A stretch of DNA of 64,000 bases from Camelus ferus (lineage: Eukaryota): assembly GCF_009834535.1 (NCBI RefSeq), contig NC_045697.1, positions 34,412,001 through 34,476,000 on the forward strand, given 5' to 3'. Both the position numbers and the translations under genes were made by a program. The notes beneath the pieces are model-generated. The model did no database searches. It was given only the letters and a program-made list of their open reading frames with translations, and was not told the DNA's origin. Shown in pieces: positions 1 to 13,628 of the stretch (positions within the stretch are counted from its first letter, which is position 1; each line of letters opens with the position of its first letter).

Positions 1-146
1 CCACAATAGGTTTATCCAACATCCCTCATCATATAAGATAGAGACAAAATTAAAGAAAAAGAAAAAACGTATTTTTCCTTGTGATGAGAACTCTTAGGAT
101 ATACTCTCTTAACAACTTTCATATGTAGCATACAACAGCACTAACT
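1..146 (-). mobile_element. L1 3' UTR fragment (L1MA-like), cut by the window edge
   Basis: ttgtgatgagaactcttaggatatactctcttaacaactttc resembles the antisense L1MA 3' UTR. Confidence 0.6.
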
Positions 147-339
147 TTTTAAATCATCTCTTTGGCAGCTAAGTGGAAATGGATTAGAAGATGCAAAGAA
201 TGAGAAAGATATATAAATCCTGCATCTCTGAAAGAGGTGATAAAGTTTACACCCTCCCAGAAACTCATACCCCATCTTTGACTACCATATCAATAATGGT
301 ACTATTTACATTTAATAATAATAAATTCCTTATTATTTA

Positions 340-590
340 ATAATAATACTATTTATGTAGAAGTTACTATGTGCCAGAGAGTGTAGATCATGTAGGAGCA
401 CTTTATATAAGTCATTCTGTTTAATACACACACATAAACCCTATGAAGTGAGTATTATCACTTTCATTAAACAGTGAGGAAACTGAAAGTCAGAAAGGCT
501 AACTGAAGTGCCCGAGGTCTTATACCTGGCAACTGGCAGAGCTGCAGTTTGAATCAGGTTTCATCTGCCCCAAACTTTCAAAAGCATTCT
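340..590 (-). mobile_element. MIR SINE
   Basis: Antisense MIR core: gaggaaactgaaagtcagaaaggctaactg...ggcagagctgcagtttgaatc. Confidence 0.75.
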
Positions 591-998
591 CTGTACTTGC
601 CAGATTAAATTCTCTAATCTCCAGCAGTCATACTTCTTTGGGAAAAATTAGCATGTTTTTGAAGATGCTTATTTGAGGAAACTCACCTGAGCCCTTCCAC
701 AATCCTATAGGGATTGAATACCTGACAGAAAACCGTCCTGTAGTCCCCAAATTTGAGAAATAATCTTCAACATTTGGCTAGTTAAAGATTTTTTTTCAGA
801 TAAGTTATTTATTTTCTTGACTAAAATGTGGATAACAGAACCTGACACATCCCATATTTTTTGGATGAGTTCAATTAGGTCTGGTATGAAAAATATTGGC
901 CCCAAAATAGACATATTAGTTAAACTTTGATTGGGAAACAATGATCCACGTATTGTGCTAAATGTTTTATATGAGCTACCTGAATCAAAAAAATAAAA

Positions 999-1104
999 AA
1001 AATATGGAACACTTCACAAATATGCATGTCATCTTTTCACAGGGATCATGTTAATCTTTGATGTATGGTTCCAAATTAGTATACTTTAGTGCCAAAGCAA
1101 GCAC
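999..1104 (-). pseudogene. U6 snRNA pseudogene, full length and degenerate
   Basis: Reverse complement gtgcttgctttggcactaaagtatactaatttggaaccatacatcaaagattaacatgatccctgtgaaaagatgacatgcatatttgtgaagtgttccatatttt aligns end to end with U6. The ACAGAGA box and AGC triad are mutated. Confidence 0.92.
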
Positions 1105-1801
1105 AAGATAAGAATTTTTATTTCATTTCCACAGATATTAAGAATTCTGCTAAGGACCTAGTGGCAAATCGACACTCCAGAGTAAAAGAAAAGGTAGCAA
1201 ACATGTCTTTTTTTTAATATTAAAGACTTACTTCATGAGCAAAATTTCTCTGCAAAGTATTAAGAGGATGTGAGTGGGGTGATGACAATCAGCAGGAGTT
1301 CCTGGGTGTCTTTTAGCAGCAAAGCCAAGGCTGGACCTTTCAGGCCAGTGAACCCCACTTCTGCTTCCATGAGGTTATTATAGGCTGATTATTGCAGCCA
1401 GGAGGGAAAGGGTGATAGCGACATAGGAAAGGCATGGAGCTGTGATACTGCTTCCTCCTCCAAACACAGAGACTTTAAGTACATCAAAAAGTCATCCAGA
1501 AACCACTGTGATTCTCCTGGCCCAGGAAATGCTCTTTTCTCTCTACCTACTTGTCATTATTTTTAAGCTATTCTTCCTAACCCACATATTTTAGGGCTAC
1601 CTCAACTGTTTCTCAGCTCAATCTCTGTATTTTGAGATATATGTCACTGAATCCATATAAATTATACTTCACTTTAATTACCTTGTGTTATAGTCCATGA
1701 TACACACACTTATCTATTTTTTAAAAATTGATGCTATTAATGAAGCTGTTTACTTAAACTGCTAAGGGTTATTGTTGTACAATATAGTTGAGTATAGATC
1801 T

Positions 1802-1969
1802 ATTTTTTAATTGAAGTATAGCTGATTTGCAATGTTGTGTTAGTTTCTGGTGTCTAGCATGGTGATTCAGTTAGGCATTTTATATTTTTTGTCATATTCT
1901 TTTTCATTATAGGTTATTACAAAATATTGGATATGGTTCCCTGTGCTATACAGTGGGACCCTGTTGTTT
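1802..1969 (-). mobile_element. 5'-truncated L1 3' end (artiodactyl type)
   Basis: T-run then aattgaagtatagctgatt...ccctgtgctatacagtggg. Flanked by tagatct at 1795 and 1970 (TSD-like). Confidence 0.8.
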
Positions 1970-2957
1970 TAGATCTTTTTAAATTAAATTCTAAATGTTA
2001 TTAAGTACCTCTTTTCTCTAGGATGGAATATAAGCAATTCTCTATTATTTGACTAATAGAGAAAATTAGTAAAACAGATGATCCAAAATAGTGAAATATA
2101 AGAAAAATATGTTTGACTTTAGGGTTATTTTCTACAATACATTTTGCCATTCAGAACTTATTTTGCTTATTAAATTTAGCTTGCAGGTTTTATGCACACA
2201 CTCAATGACAGCAGGAAGCACTGGTCTGAAAGTATAATTATAAAATCAAATATAAAAATAAATGGAATAAAAAGTAGGATAAGTTCCCCAAAGGAGACCT
2301 GAAGACTGACTATAAATTATTATCCATTATAACAGAAAATGGAAAATTCTCATATGAGAGCATTTCACAGGATGAACCAGGTCAGGAGAAAAACAAATTT
2401 TACCTAAAAGTACCCTGAAGACTATGAGCTACTTAAACTAGAATTTTACAACTGATTGAGCTGAGAGTAGAGATCGAATTATAATAAGAAGGATGATCAG
2501 ACTGAGTTCAGAGTCTCCTGGAGGCTGAATGCACTCTCTTTCATTGTCTTATTTATGCACACACATGAGTCCACAGAGAAATTACAGCAAAGAGATGTAA
2601 GTGAAACTGTTTGAAACCATGGAGAAGTGGAATTAGAATCCAATTCCAGCAGCCTTGAGTATTTGACCTAATTTTCTTTTGATCCATAAAGCACCCCACA
2701 TTCTGGGGACAATCCTCCAATATCTAGCACATGGTAGGAAGACTCTTTGTGCTCTCAATGTCATGAGCACTGCCTCTCCTTCACAACCCACTATTAGCTG
2801 TTGCTGACATTTATTGAGCTCTTCATAAAAGCCAGGCACTGTTCCAAGCTCTCTCCGTCATTCAGTTCTCACGTGAGCTTTGTAAGTACACCTATTATCT
2901 CCATTGTACCGAGGAGAGGGCTGAGACACGTGGCTCTTGCTTTCTCAGCTACGGCAG

Positions 2958-3392
2958 TGTGGTGAATAGTCATCCCCAAGTGATACATCCACGCCTGAAC
3001 CTCGGGAACCTGTGAATGTGACTCATTTGGAAAAAACAGTCTTTGTGGATGTAATTAAGTTAAGGACCTTGAGAGGATGAGGTCATCTTGGTTCATCCGA
3101 ATGGGCCCTAAATCCAGGAACAAGTGTCCTCACAAGAGCAGACAGACACACAGAGGAGAAGGCAACGTGAAGATGGAGGCAGAGACAGGAATGACGTGGC
3201 CACAAGTTAACGAATGCCTGAAACCACCAGAAACTGGCCAAGAAGGGAAATGAGCTTTCTCCCTGGAACCCCAGAGGGAGCGTTGCCATTCCAGATTTTG
3301 GACTGTCAGCTTACAGAATTGAAAGAGAATAAATTTCTCTTTCAGCTATCCAGCTTGTAGTAATTTGTTACAGCAGACCTGAAAATTAAGAC
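2958..3392 (+). mobile_element. MaLR solo LTR (MLT1B/C-like), next to a MIR fragment at about 2790-2950
   Basis: Typical MLT1 text: gaacctgtgaatgtgac...ctttgtggatgtaattaagttaagg...aataaatttc...ttgttacagcag. Confidence 0.85.
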
Positions 3393-3944
3393 AACCACCA
3401 CGTTATAATGCTGCCATTCTAGGAACATAAAGGGCATTTCTACTACCATCCCATAGCTTGATTCATGAGAAAGACCTAGCAGAGTTCCTCTCTCTTTTTA
3501 CCATGAAAGGACCCTCCACAAATGATTCTTTCAGGGGAAACATTTTCCTGAATGCTGTGCCTGTTAATAGGGATTTACTTATTTCTGAAATTCATAATCT
3601 ACTGTTTCTCTTCTACTCAGTTTTTATTTTATGGCAATGCAGGCTTTTCCTAGTTAAAATAATAAATGCCTTTGATCTAGTCAAAACATATTTTATACAT
3701 TAAATTAGTACAAATAACATGGAACCTACTTGCACTTAAAAATGCAATTCATTCTCTAATTACTACTCTGAAAACTTTCCAACATTTTGATTCAGAAAAT
3801 AATTGAGGCTATATATGATGATGTATTCAATACATGCCTTGAACATTTTTTAAAATGTATACTCAAATATCCCATAATATACTTTTCATTAATTGAATCT
3901 TATAATTTCAATATTAAATAGTGATTTTCAATATTATTTCAATA

Positions 3945-4227
3945 AGGTGAAGGTGGTTAAAAGGTACAAACTTCCAGTTATAAAATAAATAAGTAATGTA
4001 CAACCTGGTGACTATAGTTAATACTGTACTGCATATTTGAAAGTTGCTAACAGAGTAGATCTTAAAAGTTCTCATCACCAGAAAAAAAAATCTGTTAACT
4101 ATGTGTCATGATGGATGTTAACGAGACTTACTGTGATGATCATCTCACAACATATACATGTATTGAATCACTATGCTGTACACCTGGAACTAATTTGTTA
4201 TATGTCAATTATATCTCAATTAAAAAA
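3945..4227 (+). mobile_element. L1MA/MB 3' end
   Basis: ggtacaaacttccagttataaaataaataag...ttatatgtcaattatatctcaattaaaaaa. Confidence 0.85.
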
Positions 4228-4321
4228 TGATATGTGCTTACAAGACACATACACAAGCATGTTCACTCACATATTCTCCCACGCCTCAAAGAAGAAAATT
4301 CTTTCTTATCCTGTTCAACAT

Positions 4322-4910
4322 TGTACTGGACAGTTTCTGTTTGTCCTTCCACATCTACCCTTCTTCACTCTCCTCACCCTGCTCTGGGTTCCAGTGTTGA
4401 CCATAAGAACCAACCAACATCTCACCCATACCTGATTTAGATAAGGAGATTTGGGACTTTCTGAGCTGGTGATACTGAGATGAAATTTTCCATCTTATCA
4501 ATTATACTCATGTCAATTGCACACCCTTGCCCAGTGGTCACGGGTGAGTTCAGTTGGTGGGAGGCCCTGGCAGATGGGAGGGTGGGAGGGGAGTGAGGCC
4601 AGGGCATTTACTCCTTCTCTCTTCCTGAAGGACTGAAGGGCTGGCGCTATCTATGCGCCCTCGTCTTGGGTCACAGCACTTGGCTTGCTGGGAGACCTCT
4701 TTGCTCACAGCCTCAGCTCTCTCCAGGTCTGCCTGCTCTTTTCCCCCTTCAAGTCTGGAGTGGTGGAACTGCATCCCCCATCATGAGACCCTGGAGCCTC
4801 TAATCACTTGCTTGTTGTCTTAACCCTGCCCACACCTCCATAAGTCACCTCCTCAATAAACTCTTTTCGATCGCCCTTTGTGCTGCTTCAGCCAGCCCCT
4901 CACAAAACAG
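4322..4910 (+). mobile_element. Old ERVL-type LTR remnant (LTR33/LTR16-like)
   Basis: GC-richer block with a tgt start, AATAAA near 4855 and an LTR-like 3' end. The family is uncertain. Confidence 0.4.
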
Positions 4911-5163
4911 CTATTGAGTATTCCAGCTGATGACTTCCATGTAACATCCTGAATAATTTCTTCCCATAAATAAAATTATTTCACATTTTTCAAAAATGTC
5001 TACTTTAAAAGAATTACAACTGGCTATGATTTGTGTGGGATTTTTTTTTTTTCTCCTTTAACAACAACAAAAACAAAAGAGTAGTGAGGGATGATTTCTG
5101 TTCCTCTCAGACACTTCTGCTACCACTAACCCTTATCACTGAATGTTTCTGGTTCCAAAATAC

Positions 5164-5371
5164 CTGTCATCACCATTGTCGATGCACTTGGGAAAGGCAA
5201 GGCTGCAGCCAAAAAGCATGATATGTTGATAGCAACCGAGGCGATGGAGGTACGTGAAGAACTTGAGAAACTTCTCCATTTCCATGTTTTTGACAATTGA
5301 GAGGAGAGGTGTCAGCGTGGTGTGGTAGGGCAGCATCTGACACTGGCTGTGGGTGATGTTCATGCAGGCAC
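5164..5371 (-). CDS. CORIN: CORIN coding exon 4 (208 bp): N-terminal half of frizzled cysteine-rich domain 1
   Basis: Translates (S)ACMNITHSQCQMLPYHTTLTPLLSIVKNMEMEKFLKFFTYLHRLGCYQHIMLFGCSLAFPKCIDNGDD, matching corin Fz1. Acceptor ttcccag|GT, donor GACAG|gtattt. Confidence 0.97.
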
Positions 5372-5529
5372 CTGGGAAGTCAAGATAATTAAGTTTAGGA
5401 GAAGACACATCAGAATTACATGCTTACAAACTCATTTGATATGATAGACTAACATGTTTCATGCAATAAAATATATCCTGTTAAGTCAGAATGATTATAG
5501 ATATACAATAAGACACATACATATCATCA

Positions 5530-5985
5530 TTATTTATAGCTTCCAAGACATGGAAGCAATCTAAGTGTCACTGACAGACGAATGGATAAAGAAGATGTGG
5601 TGTATACATACGCAGTGAAGTAACAGTCAATAATAAAAAAGAATGAAATTTTGCCATTTGCAGCAACATGGATGGACCTGGAGGGCATTATGCTAAATAG
5701 AGTAAGTCAGACAGAGAAAGACAAATGCTGTATGATATCACTATATGTAGAATCTAACAAATACAACAAACTAGTGAATATAAAAAAGAAGCGGACTCAC
5801 AGATACAGAGAACAAACTAGTGGTTATCAGTGGGAAAAGGGGGCAATAAAGGTGTGGGAGAGTCAGAGGTACAAACTATTGCATGTAAGGTAAACTCAAG
5901 GATGTGTTGTACAACACAGGGAACAGAGCCAATATTTTGTAATAACTGTAAACAGAGTGTAACCCTTAAAAATTGTATGCAAATA
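5530..5985 (+). mobile_element. L1 ORF2 tail and 3' UTR fragment
   Basis: ORF 5651-5893 PFAATWMDLEGIMLNRVSQTEKDK is the classic L1 3' end translation. Confidence 0.85.
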
Positions 5986-8029
5986 ATTTTTTTATAAGAA
6001 AGCAAAATCAGGCTGCTGATATTCACAAAAGGATAGCATCTGAGTACTGGGCAAATGTGTGGAAAAGTACACTCATACTCAAACTAGCCAGTGGGCAGTC
6101 ACTGCTCTGGATCACAGCTGCGCAGGGCAATGTCTATCAAAAAATATTTTAAATATGCATATACTTTGACACTGTAATATTTCTAAAAATTTCTCATAAG
6201 GAAATAATCATTGTTATGAACTTGGCTTTATCTACAGGGATCTTCATCTTTGCACAGTTTATAATTTTTAAAAGATAGCGATCACCTAGACATTCAACAA
6301 AGGGAATTGGTTTAAAATATTATGGAACAGACAAGAGAATGCTCCGCTGTATGAAAGATGCTTTTGAAGACTACTAATCACATAGGATGATGCTTATTAT
6401 ATAATAACTAAGAACCTCAAATCACAAAACAATTTCTATACCATGATCTTGTTTTTAAAAATACATGATTATTCAAGGATTCCCAGTCCTGCCCGAGCCC
6501 ACAGTTTAGAGTCAGCTCAGAGACTCTGACTTCATTTCCTTTCGGAGCTGGCTCTTCTCTTGAGCCACCTCCCGGGCTTTTTCCTTCTCCTTCATGCCAT
6601 AGAATTGGCATGGCTGGCCAAAAACTTATGGGCACAACACTTTTTGGGGAACTCATCGAAGTTAAAGTACAAAATGGGGAAGGAAAGAATTAGAGAAAAA
6701 GGAAAATCCAAATTAAAATATGCAGACAGAAGACAGACACACACATACATGAATTCAGCTTCAGATGAATGTTGATACGGGAAGGTCTGGGCAAGTTTCA
6801 CAAATGTAACACTCAAGTCTTTGAGGAGCAAACTTAAAATACATTTCAATGTGGGAGAGCATTATATGCCAGGAGAAAGTACAGACAGTGGCCCTCAAAA
6901 GGACACAGCTGTGTGCATTGTGCTTCAAGCAGAAAAGGTTGCTTATAAGAGCTGAGAGTAAATTTTTCTCTATAAAAATGTGAAATCACTCGTGAAAGAT
7001 TCAGCCCCAAGAAAACATTTACTGCAAATCAATTTTGTGCCAGACACTGAAACAGGAACTCAAATCAACCCATTCACAATTATCGTATATGATTCTTTTA
7101 ATGCAAAATTAACTTAAGAATAATGGTTAATGTTTCCACTAATATAGACTCCATCAAAGGTCTTTAGTAATTAATCTTATAATGATGACACCTATAGCCA
7201 ATCTTACTTAGCAAAGCACTTTGGTAGTGACTAAGGGCAGCCAAGGTTTTACATTAATGATTTCTACAACATATTCTCTATCATCTCTTAATTACAAATG
7301 ATCTCATTTTCAACCAGTGCAATCTAGGAAATATCTGTATATGACTCTGACACACAATTAATTTCAACAATGGGTTCTTTTTTAAATCCCTTAAAATCAA
7401 ATACAAATCATTTTTAAATAGAAGCAAAATAGTAGCTAAACATAATAGTGTTATTTGACAGGAAAAATCTTCTCAAATTGAAAACAATGAAATATCAACT
7501 TTATGAAGCACTTTGCCATCTTTTGTCTAATAACCTAACAAGAAACCTTGGCAACCTTTCTGACTTCCTATGCGTGGCGGCACATTTAATTGAAGGGCTA
7601 CTAGTATCAGGAGGCCATATTTTATCAGAGCATGCTTGGTTTGCCCTAACTTACCTATACTGACTCATTCAACTTAAGAATTTGCTTCACAAGACCCCCT
7701 CGTGGATGCTTCCACATTTATTTGTCTTACTTTCAGATCCTGAGAATTTGATGAAGTTGTAAAGGAGAGTTCTCTGTACTCAGCCCTTTTCAGTGGTTTG
7801 GGAAGAAAGTCATGGCAAAGTTTTCCTTTTTGATTCTTCTCATCCAGTCTGTCATTAATTTTGTTGCTGTTGCCCAGATGACATTTTTTATTCCCGCCTC
7901 TTTAGTTTAAATCCTAAACTTTTATGGTTACATTTACCATGTTTATCTGCATATTTTGGGTCCTCAATATTTACTGAAAATTTTCTCCACCCTTTTACAT
8001 ACATTAGCTCCTCTGCCCTCTGTGCAAGT

Positions 8030-8420
8030 TACTCTGTTTCATAGATGGGGAAACAAGGTTATGTAATTTCCCTCAAGATACACACAGCTAATAAACACCA
8101 AAGCTGAAATGCAACTCAAGTCAGCCTACCCAAGTCCGAGTCTCTTTCCATCAACAGCTATCCCCACAACCCAAATATTATATTTAAAGATATCTTCTCC
8201 CCTGGATTTATACCACCCCGAGTGGGACCCCATGAGAGCCATGGAGGCAGGTAGAGTCTTTTTCACTGTTCAGTCAACAAATATTTATTGAGCTCCTACT
8301 CTGTGTCAGACACTGCTCTAGGTACAGAGAAATGATACAATGTGAAACACAGTCTCTTCCCTTGCAGAGTTTATAGTCTAGTTGAAGGAGACAGAAAATA
8401 AACAAACACAAACAAATAAA
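8030..8420. mobile_element. MIR and L2 3' end fragments
   Basis: MIR core at about 8030-8150. Antisense L2 end ttcagtcaacaaatatttattgagctcctactctgtgtcagacactg. Confidence 0.65.
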
Positions 8421-9827
8421 TAGTGTCTTGCATTGATACATATAGTCATAGTCCTCATGCTCAACAAGAACCGAAGAAGCAGATGTGCCTCTTTAAGGAG
8501 AGAATAAATCACAATAAATCTATTCTTAATTTTTAAGATGGGACAAAGGACTATTAGCTTTGAAAGTGAGCATCTTCCTTAAGAAATATACCAGAACTAA
8601 ATATTCAAGCAGCATAAATATGTGTTATAAAATGCAGATGCAGGTCTTTTGATTTTCAATCATTCATATTCATGCTCAAGCATTTTGCTTGTTGTGTCTT
8701 GTCTTCATTGTTCCTCTTACAATATTTAAGTTGTTATCATTTCATATTTACTGAGGATTCACAGCCATCGAATAAGAACATAAAATGGAAGCAACTCCTT
8801 TCTCAGCACTAGAGTAATCGTAGCAGATCAGTTGCCCGGCAAGGGTAGGGAACCACAGCAAAGGTCTGTTTCAGAGACCCAGCCTTCTCGGGGACACCAA
8901 AAGCTCCCATAAGCATCCTATTCAAAGTGCTCCTGGCTCTCTTTATAACATCATCCTATTTTGTTTTCATTATAATATTTAGGACTACATAATAAGATCT
9001 TGTTTGTTTATTCTCAGTATTCTCCCGCATTAAAGACTTTGTCTTGTGATTCAAAACCACTGGATACCAAATAGGATTATACCCAATGGTTATTCATTGG
9101 ATGAATGTAATTAAATAGAACAAAGTCTTCATTACATGGTTTCTTATTCAACAAGATGGAAGTAGACATGAAAAGGCCAGTATATCTAAGACTCTAGGGC
9201 ACTAATGTTGAGTGCTAATATTACTACAGTTATTTTTAATAATATGTTCCCAAAACTTACCACAGCGTAGGGAGTCATCCCATCCTGTTCCCTCCACCAG
9301 ACTGATTCCTATGTTGGACTCCCCTCTGGACCACAGTGCGGCAGTTGAAAGCAAAAGAAGAGGAAATGCCTTCCCTCTCCTGTACAAGGCAAATGTCCTG
9401 TTATCCTTAAGCAGGCTCAATTCTTTTCAGCTGAGACCTCACCATAGCAGAGGAAAGAGGAGGATGGGCTTACAAGTTGCACAGGCTGGAGAAAGATGAA
9501 TAGATGAGCACTTGCATGCCAGAGCACCACACAGACCTCAGAGGAACTTCCAATGGGGGTGAAAATGCTAACTGTAGCTGATTAGACTAGGAGAAATCTC
9601 TGTAAACTATCAGAGGTAAGTAAAAGCTAGCTACTCCAAGACTGAGAAACAGAAGTCAGAAGTTACCTCGAGCCTGGGTCCATACTCCAGCCCTCCCACC
9701 CACAAGGCTGTGTGACCTTAGTGAAATTACTTAACCTCTTAAAACCTCCTAATCTGTAAAGTAGAAATAATAATGTTAATCATGGGGTTGTAAGGATCAA
9801 ATTTGCCAACAGAGATAAAGAGCTTAA

Positions 9828-10162
9828 AAAAAAAAAGACACTATGAACTCATCTATAAAAAAGAAACAGACTCGCAGACATAGTAACAATCTTATGGTTA
9901 CCTGGGAAAGTTGTGGGAAGAGATAAATTCGGGAGTGTGAGATATACAAATGTTAGCCACTATATGTAAAAGTAGATTTTTCAAAAAGTTTCTTCTGTAA
10001 AGCACAGGGAACTATGTTCAATACCTTGTAATAACCTTTAATGAGAAAAATATGAAAACAAATATATGTATGTATATGTATGACTGGGACATCGTGCTGT
10101 ACACCAGAAATTGGCACACTGTAATTGACTATACTATAGTAAAAAATAAATAATGTAAAAAT
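9828..10162 (+). mobile_element. Young 5'-truncated L1 3' UTR inserted into a MIR (MIR at about 9650-9827)
   Basis: L1 3' UTR with A-rich tail. TSD agagcttaa at 9819-9827 and 10163-10171. Confidence 0.85.
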
Positions 10163-11709
10163 AGAGCTTAAGACAAAGCCTTCATACTGCTAATGTTCAA
10201 CTGATGTTTCTACATCATTGGTGCCTTCGGCAAGAAAAAACACACATTCAGAGAGAGGATAGGATGGAGACAAGTTTACTTTGCGGTAAAAGCCTAGATA
10301 AACTATTAGAATGTATTCAAGTTACCTCATAATGAAAAATATATTTCAAATTTCATTTCCACTTATTGTTTTATGGTAAAATAAAATAATTTAAAGATAA
10401 GGAAATACATAAAAGATCCTTCAGTATTTTCTAGGCTGAATGTTGCTAACTCTTTTATATACAGAACTTTATTTAACCCTCCTACAATCCTATGAAAAAG
10501 CTATTTTTATTCCTATTGTACAGATGTTGACACAGACTGAATGAGGGTCAGGAAGTACTAAAGGTTACACAAATGCTAAGTTGTAGAGTTGAAATTAAAA
10601 CCAAGTCCTTCTGACCCCGGAGCCAATTCTTGTCCACTGCATCATTCTTTCAAGGATACTATTCTATTTTAAACATTGTAAATTTACTTCATTCACTGTC
10701 AAATATTTCGATGAATCTCCTTGGATTCTAGCACTAGAGTTGCTTCTCCAAGATTAGTAACAACTAAACCTTCCCAAAGAAAACAAGGAATCTGCTGTTA
10801 AAAACCAGGTTATCCATGCTCTCACCAAGTTGAATTGGGTTGGGAGTGCTTAGTGTCTGCTCCTGGCTGTACCACAAGGTCAGCCAAGGCCAGGACTACA
10901 TCAGCAGAACGGAAGCATGAAGGTCAATCTCTATTCTAGATAACTCAACATGAGAAGTAACATTTTGCCCGAATAATTTCTGGGACAAACCAATTTGAAA
11001 GGACACTGTACCTTGGAGGATCTGTAAGGGGATTAGAATAGGATAAGAAGGAACAGAGAGTTAAAGACAGGGCCTCTCTGTGAAGATACTGGCTTCTTAA
11101 CTAACTCTAAACATCTGTGAATCCAAACGTATTAACTAATTTTCTTCTCATAAAAGAAAATCAAAGAGACACAAGTAAGATACATTTTCTTCATGAATCC
11201 ATTGTGACATTTGTAAAAAAAAAAAAAAAAAAAAAAGTCGTTATAGACCTAGTGAAGGCATAGGTAAGCCAATGTCTTGCTAATTCATGCAAAAAAAAAA
11301 AAAAAAATGAGTACCCAGGATGATGCAGTGTAAATGATCAGAGTTAATAAGAGCTAGCTCCTCTTGCCAGAAGCATGAGGCTTAGGGTTTAACATTCTCT
11401 ATAATAAAATTACATGTATTACAGACTTAACATTTTTAATGCAATCTCAAGCCTCTTGATGAAGGCTTTTGCCCAATCTTTAAGGTTTCACATCCTCCAT
11501 ATATATATAAAAAAAGCTAGGACATTCTCTCCTATCATTCACACACACATATCCACACTACCTGATTCTAAGGTGTGTAAATGGTAGCAGAAGGCTCATA
11601 ACTTGATGGAACTCATTCATTCAACAACTTCAATGCTCTAGTACAGTGAGGGGCTGATAATTGATTGTATATTAATTGCTCACATTCCAGAAAACTAAGT
11701 AAAATGTAA

Positions 11710-11790
11710 CATTTCAGCTGTCACATTTTTCAGTCACATCTGTCAGTCATTTCAGCTGTCACATTTTTCAGTCACATCTGTCAGTCATTT
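11710..11790. repeat. Perfect 38-bp tandem duplication
   Basis: catttcagctgtcacatttttcagtcacatctgtcagt at 11710 and 11748, followed by cattt. Confidence 0.95.
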
Positions 11791-11929
11791 TTCATTAATT
11801 TTAAAAGACCTGCATCTTGTCCCCATATGATTATCTTTTTTAGAATTATGAACAATTGAATAATAACAATAATTCAAATTTATATGGTACTTTCAAGTTT
11901 GCAAAACACCTTTCCCATACACAGGATGG

Positions 11930-12240
11930 TGGTTCCACATTCTGATTCAAATCCTCCTTATTAGCCTATATTTATGTGGCCTTTGATTAGTTACTGAACT
12001 TCTCGGTTTATCAGTTTCCTTATCTGTAAAATGGGGATAATACTATCTGTGTTACGGGGTTACTCTAAGGATTAAATGACATTTACACAATACCTATCAT
12101 TAGCACATATGACAAACAATAAAAGTGTTTGCTATTATTATTATCTCATTTGTGACTCAAGATACTCTGTGAATTAAATTGGAGAGATAATTGTATCCAT
12201 GCTATGTAAGTAGGAAAACTGAGACAGAAACATTAAGCTT
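11930..12240. mobile_element. MIR fragments in both orientations
   Basis: Sense MIR core cagtttccttatctgtaaaatggggataatac, then an antisense core ggaaaactgagacagaa. Confidence 0.7.
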
Positions 12241-13397
12241 TCTTCCCTTTCCTCTAAATTCCATGATGAATCCATTTGTAGAGGGAACAATTATCCACTA
12301 ACACAGGGAGGATCAAAATTCAAAGTTTCATTAATTGGCTTTGCTTACTTGCAAAACAATGCCAGGTGTTACATTTTTTAAAAAACACTCGCTTAAAAAC
12401 ATTAGTTATTCATTGCGAAAATATTTATTAAGTCTCTATAAAGGCACTGGACTGGGATATATGAAATTAAAAAATAAGAATTTGAAATTAGACTACATTT
12501 TATTTACTTAGCCAAACTGTACATTAATACATATGAAAAATTTTTTTTATGCCCAGGATGGTACAAATAAATTCTACAATGATGAGAATATAAGAAATTA
12601 CTTACTAGCACAGAGTTTATTGAGCAGGGTTTATTGTAAAATCATTACTTTGCTTGCAGTTAGCTGTAAACTTCACTATTCACAAAGGCAATGAGATTTC
12701 AATGGATTCCCCAGCCTTGTGTAGTTTTACTGGGAGTCCCATTTTAGGTTTAGTAACAGTGAAAACTTAAGTAACAAAAGAATAAATGACAGAGCAGACG
12801 TGCATACTAGGGTCCAGATTATACCAGCTGGGCGTTGTGGTTCTTAATAGAGTCATAAAATGCTCACTCAGATAACCCTTTTTAACCCAGCATTCTCTAA
12901 ATTCAGAAATGGTAACAAACCAGTCTCAAGCTGAGCTGGTATTTACCTTTTTATTCTCTGAATTTACAAAGGAAGATTTTTACAGGGAATGAGATTGTAA
13001 GGGAGGGCACGTTCTACATGCTCAAAAGGAAATATTTAAAATAAATGTCTAGTATTATTTTTTGGAATGCATATGACATACTATTTCTTTCTTTTCACTA
13101 AATAGACATTTTACTACAAGGCAATGTAGTATTAGAAAGGAAGAGTGAAACATGAGCTTCCACTCAACAAAAAAAGGAAGGGAGGAGTAGAATGGTTCTT
13201 GTTGGTTGTACCCTCAGCATCAACTCCCTCATCCCTAACTGAATGGCAGACGTGAAGTTTGGGAGGACTTTCCCTACCCCCAGCTCCAGGCGTGGGCCCT
13301 GACTGGCCAATGACAGCTCATGGCACTGCCTGGCACTGTGCTTAGTTCAAGGGCAGAAGAGACTGAACTTCGTCCTGTCACAGCAAGACCCAGGAGC

Positions 13398-13628
13398 AGA
13401 ATGGGCTGCATAATTTGGGCAAACTCAGGATAAAATGAAAATGTGGGACCCCTTGGTCCAAAATTATTTTTATATTTTATTTATATTATAGCATCCATAC
13501 TATTTATATTTATATTATAATCAGTAATTTTAACAAGGCAACAGCAGAACATTAGACGAAGTATGGAGTCCTTCTACTCTCTGGGCTCTGTGCAATGACA
13601 TGGCTTTGCATGCTCAGGAAGCCAGCTG
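13398..13628 (-). mobile_element. hAT-Tip100 MITE (MER45A-like)
   Basis: ggctgcataatttggg...aaaatgaaaatgtgggaccccttg...catgctcaggaagccagc matches the reverse of MER45A as recalled. Confidence 0.7.

Noticed and set aside
999..1104. Functional U6 snRNA gene
   Set aside because: The ACAGAGA box and AGC triad are mutated and no upstream PSE is evident.
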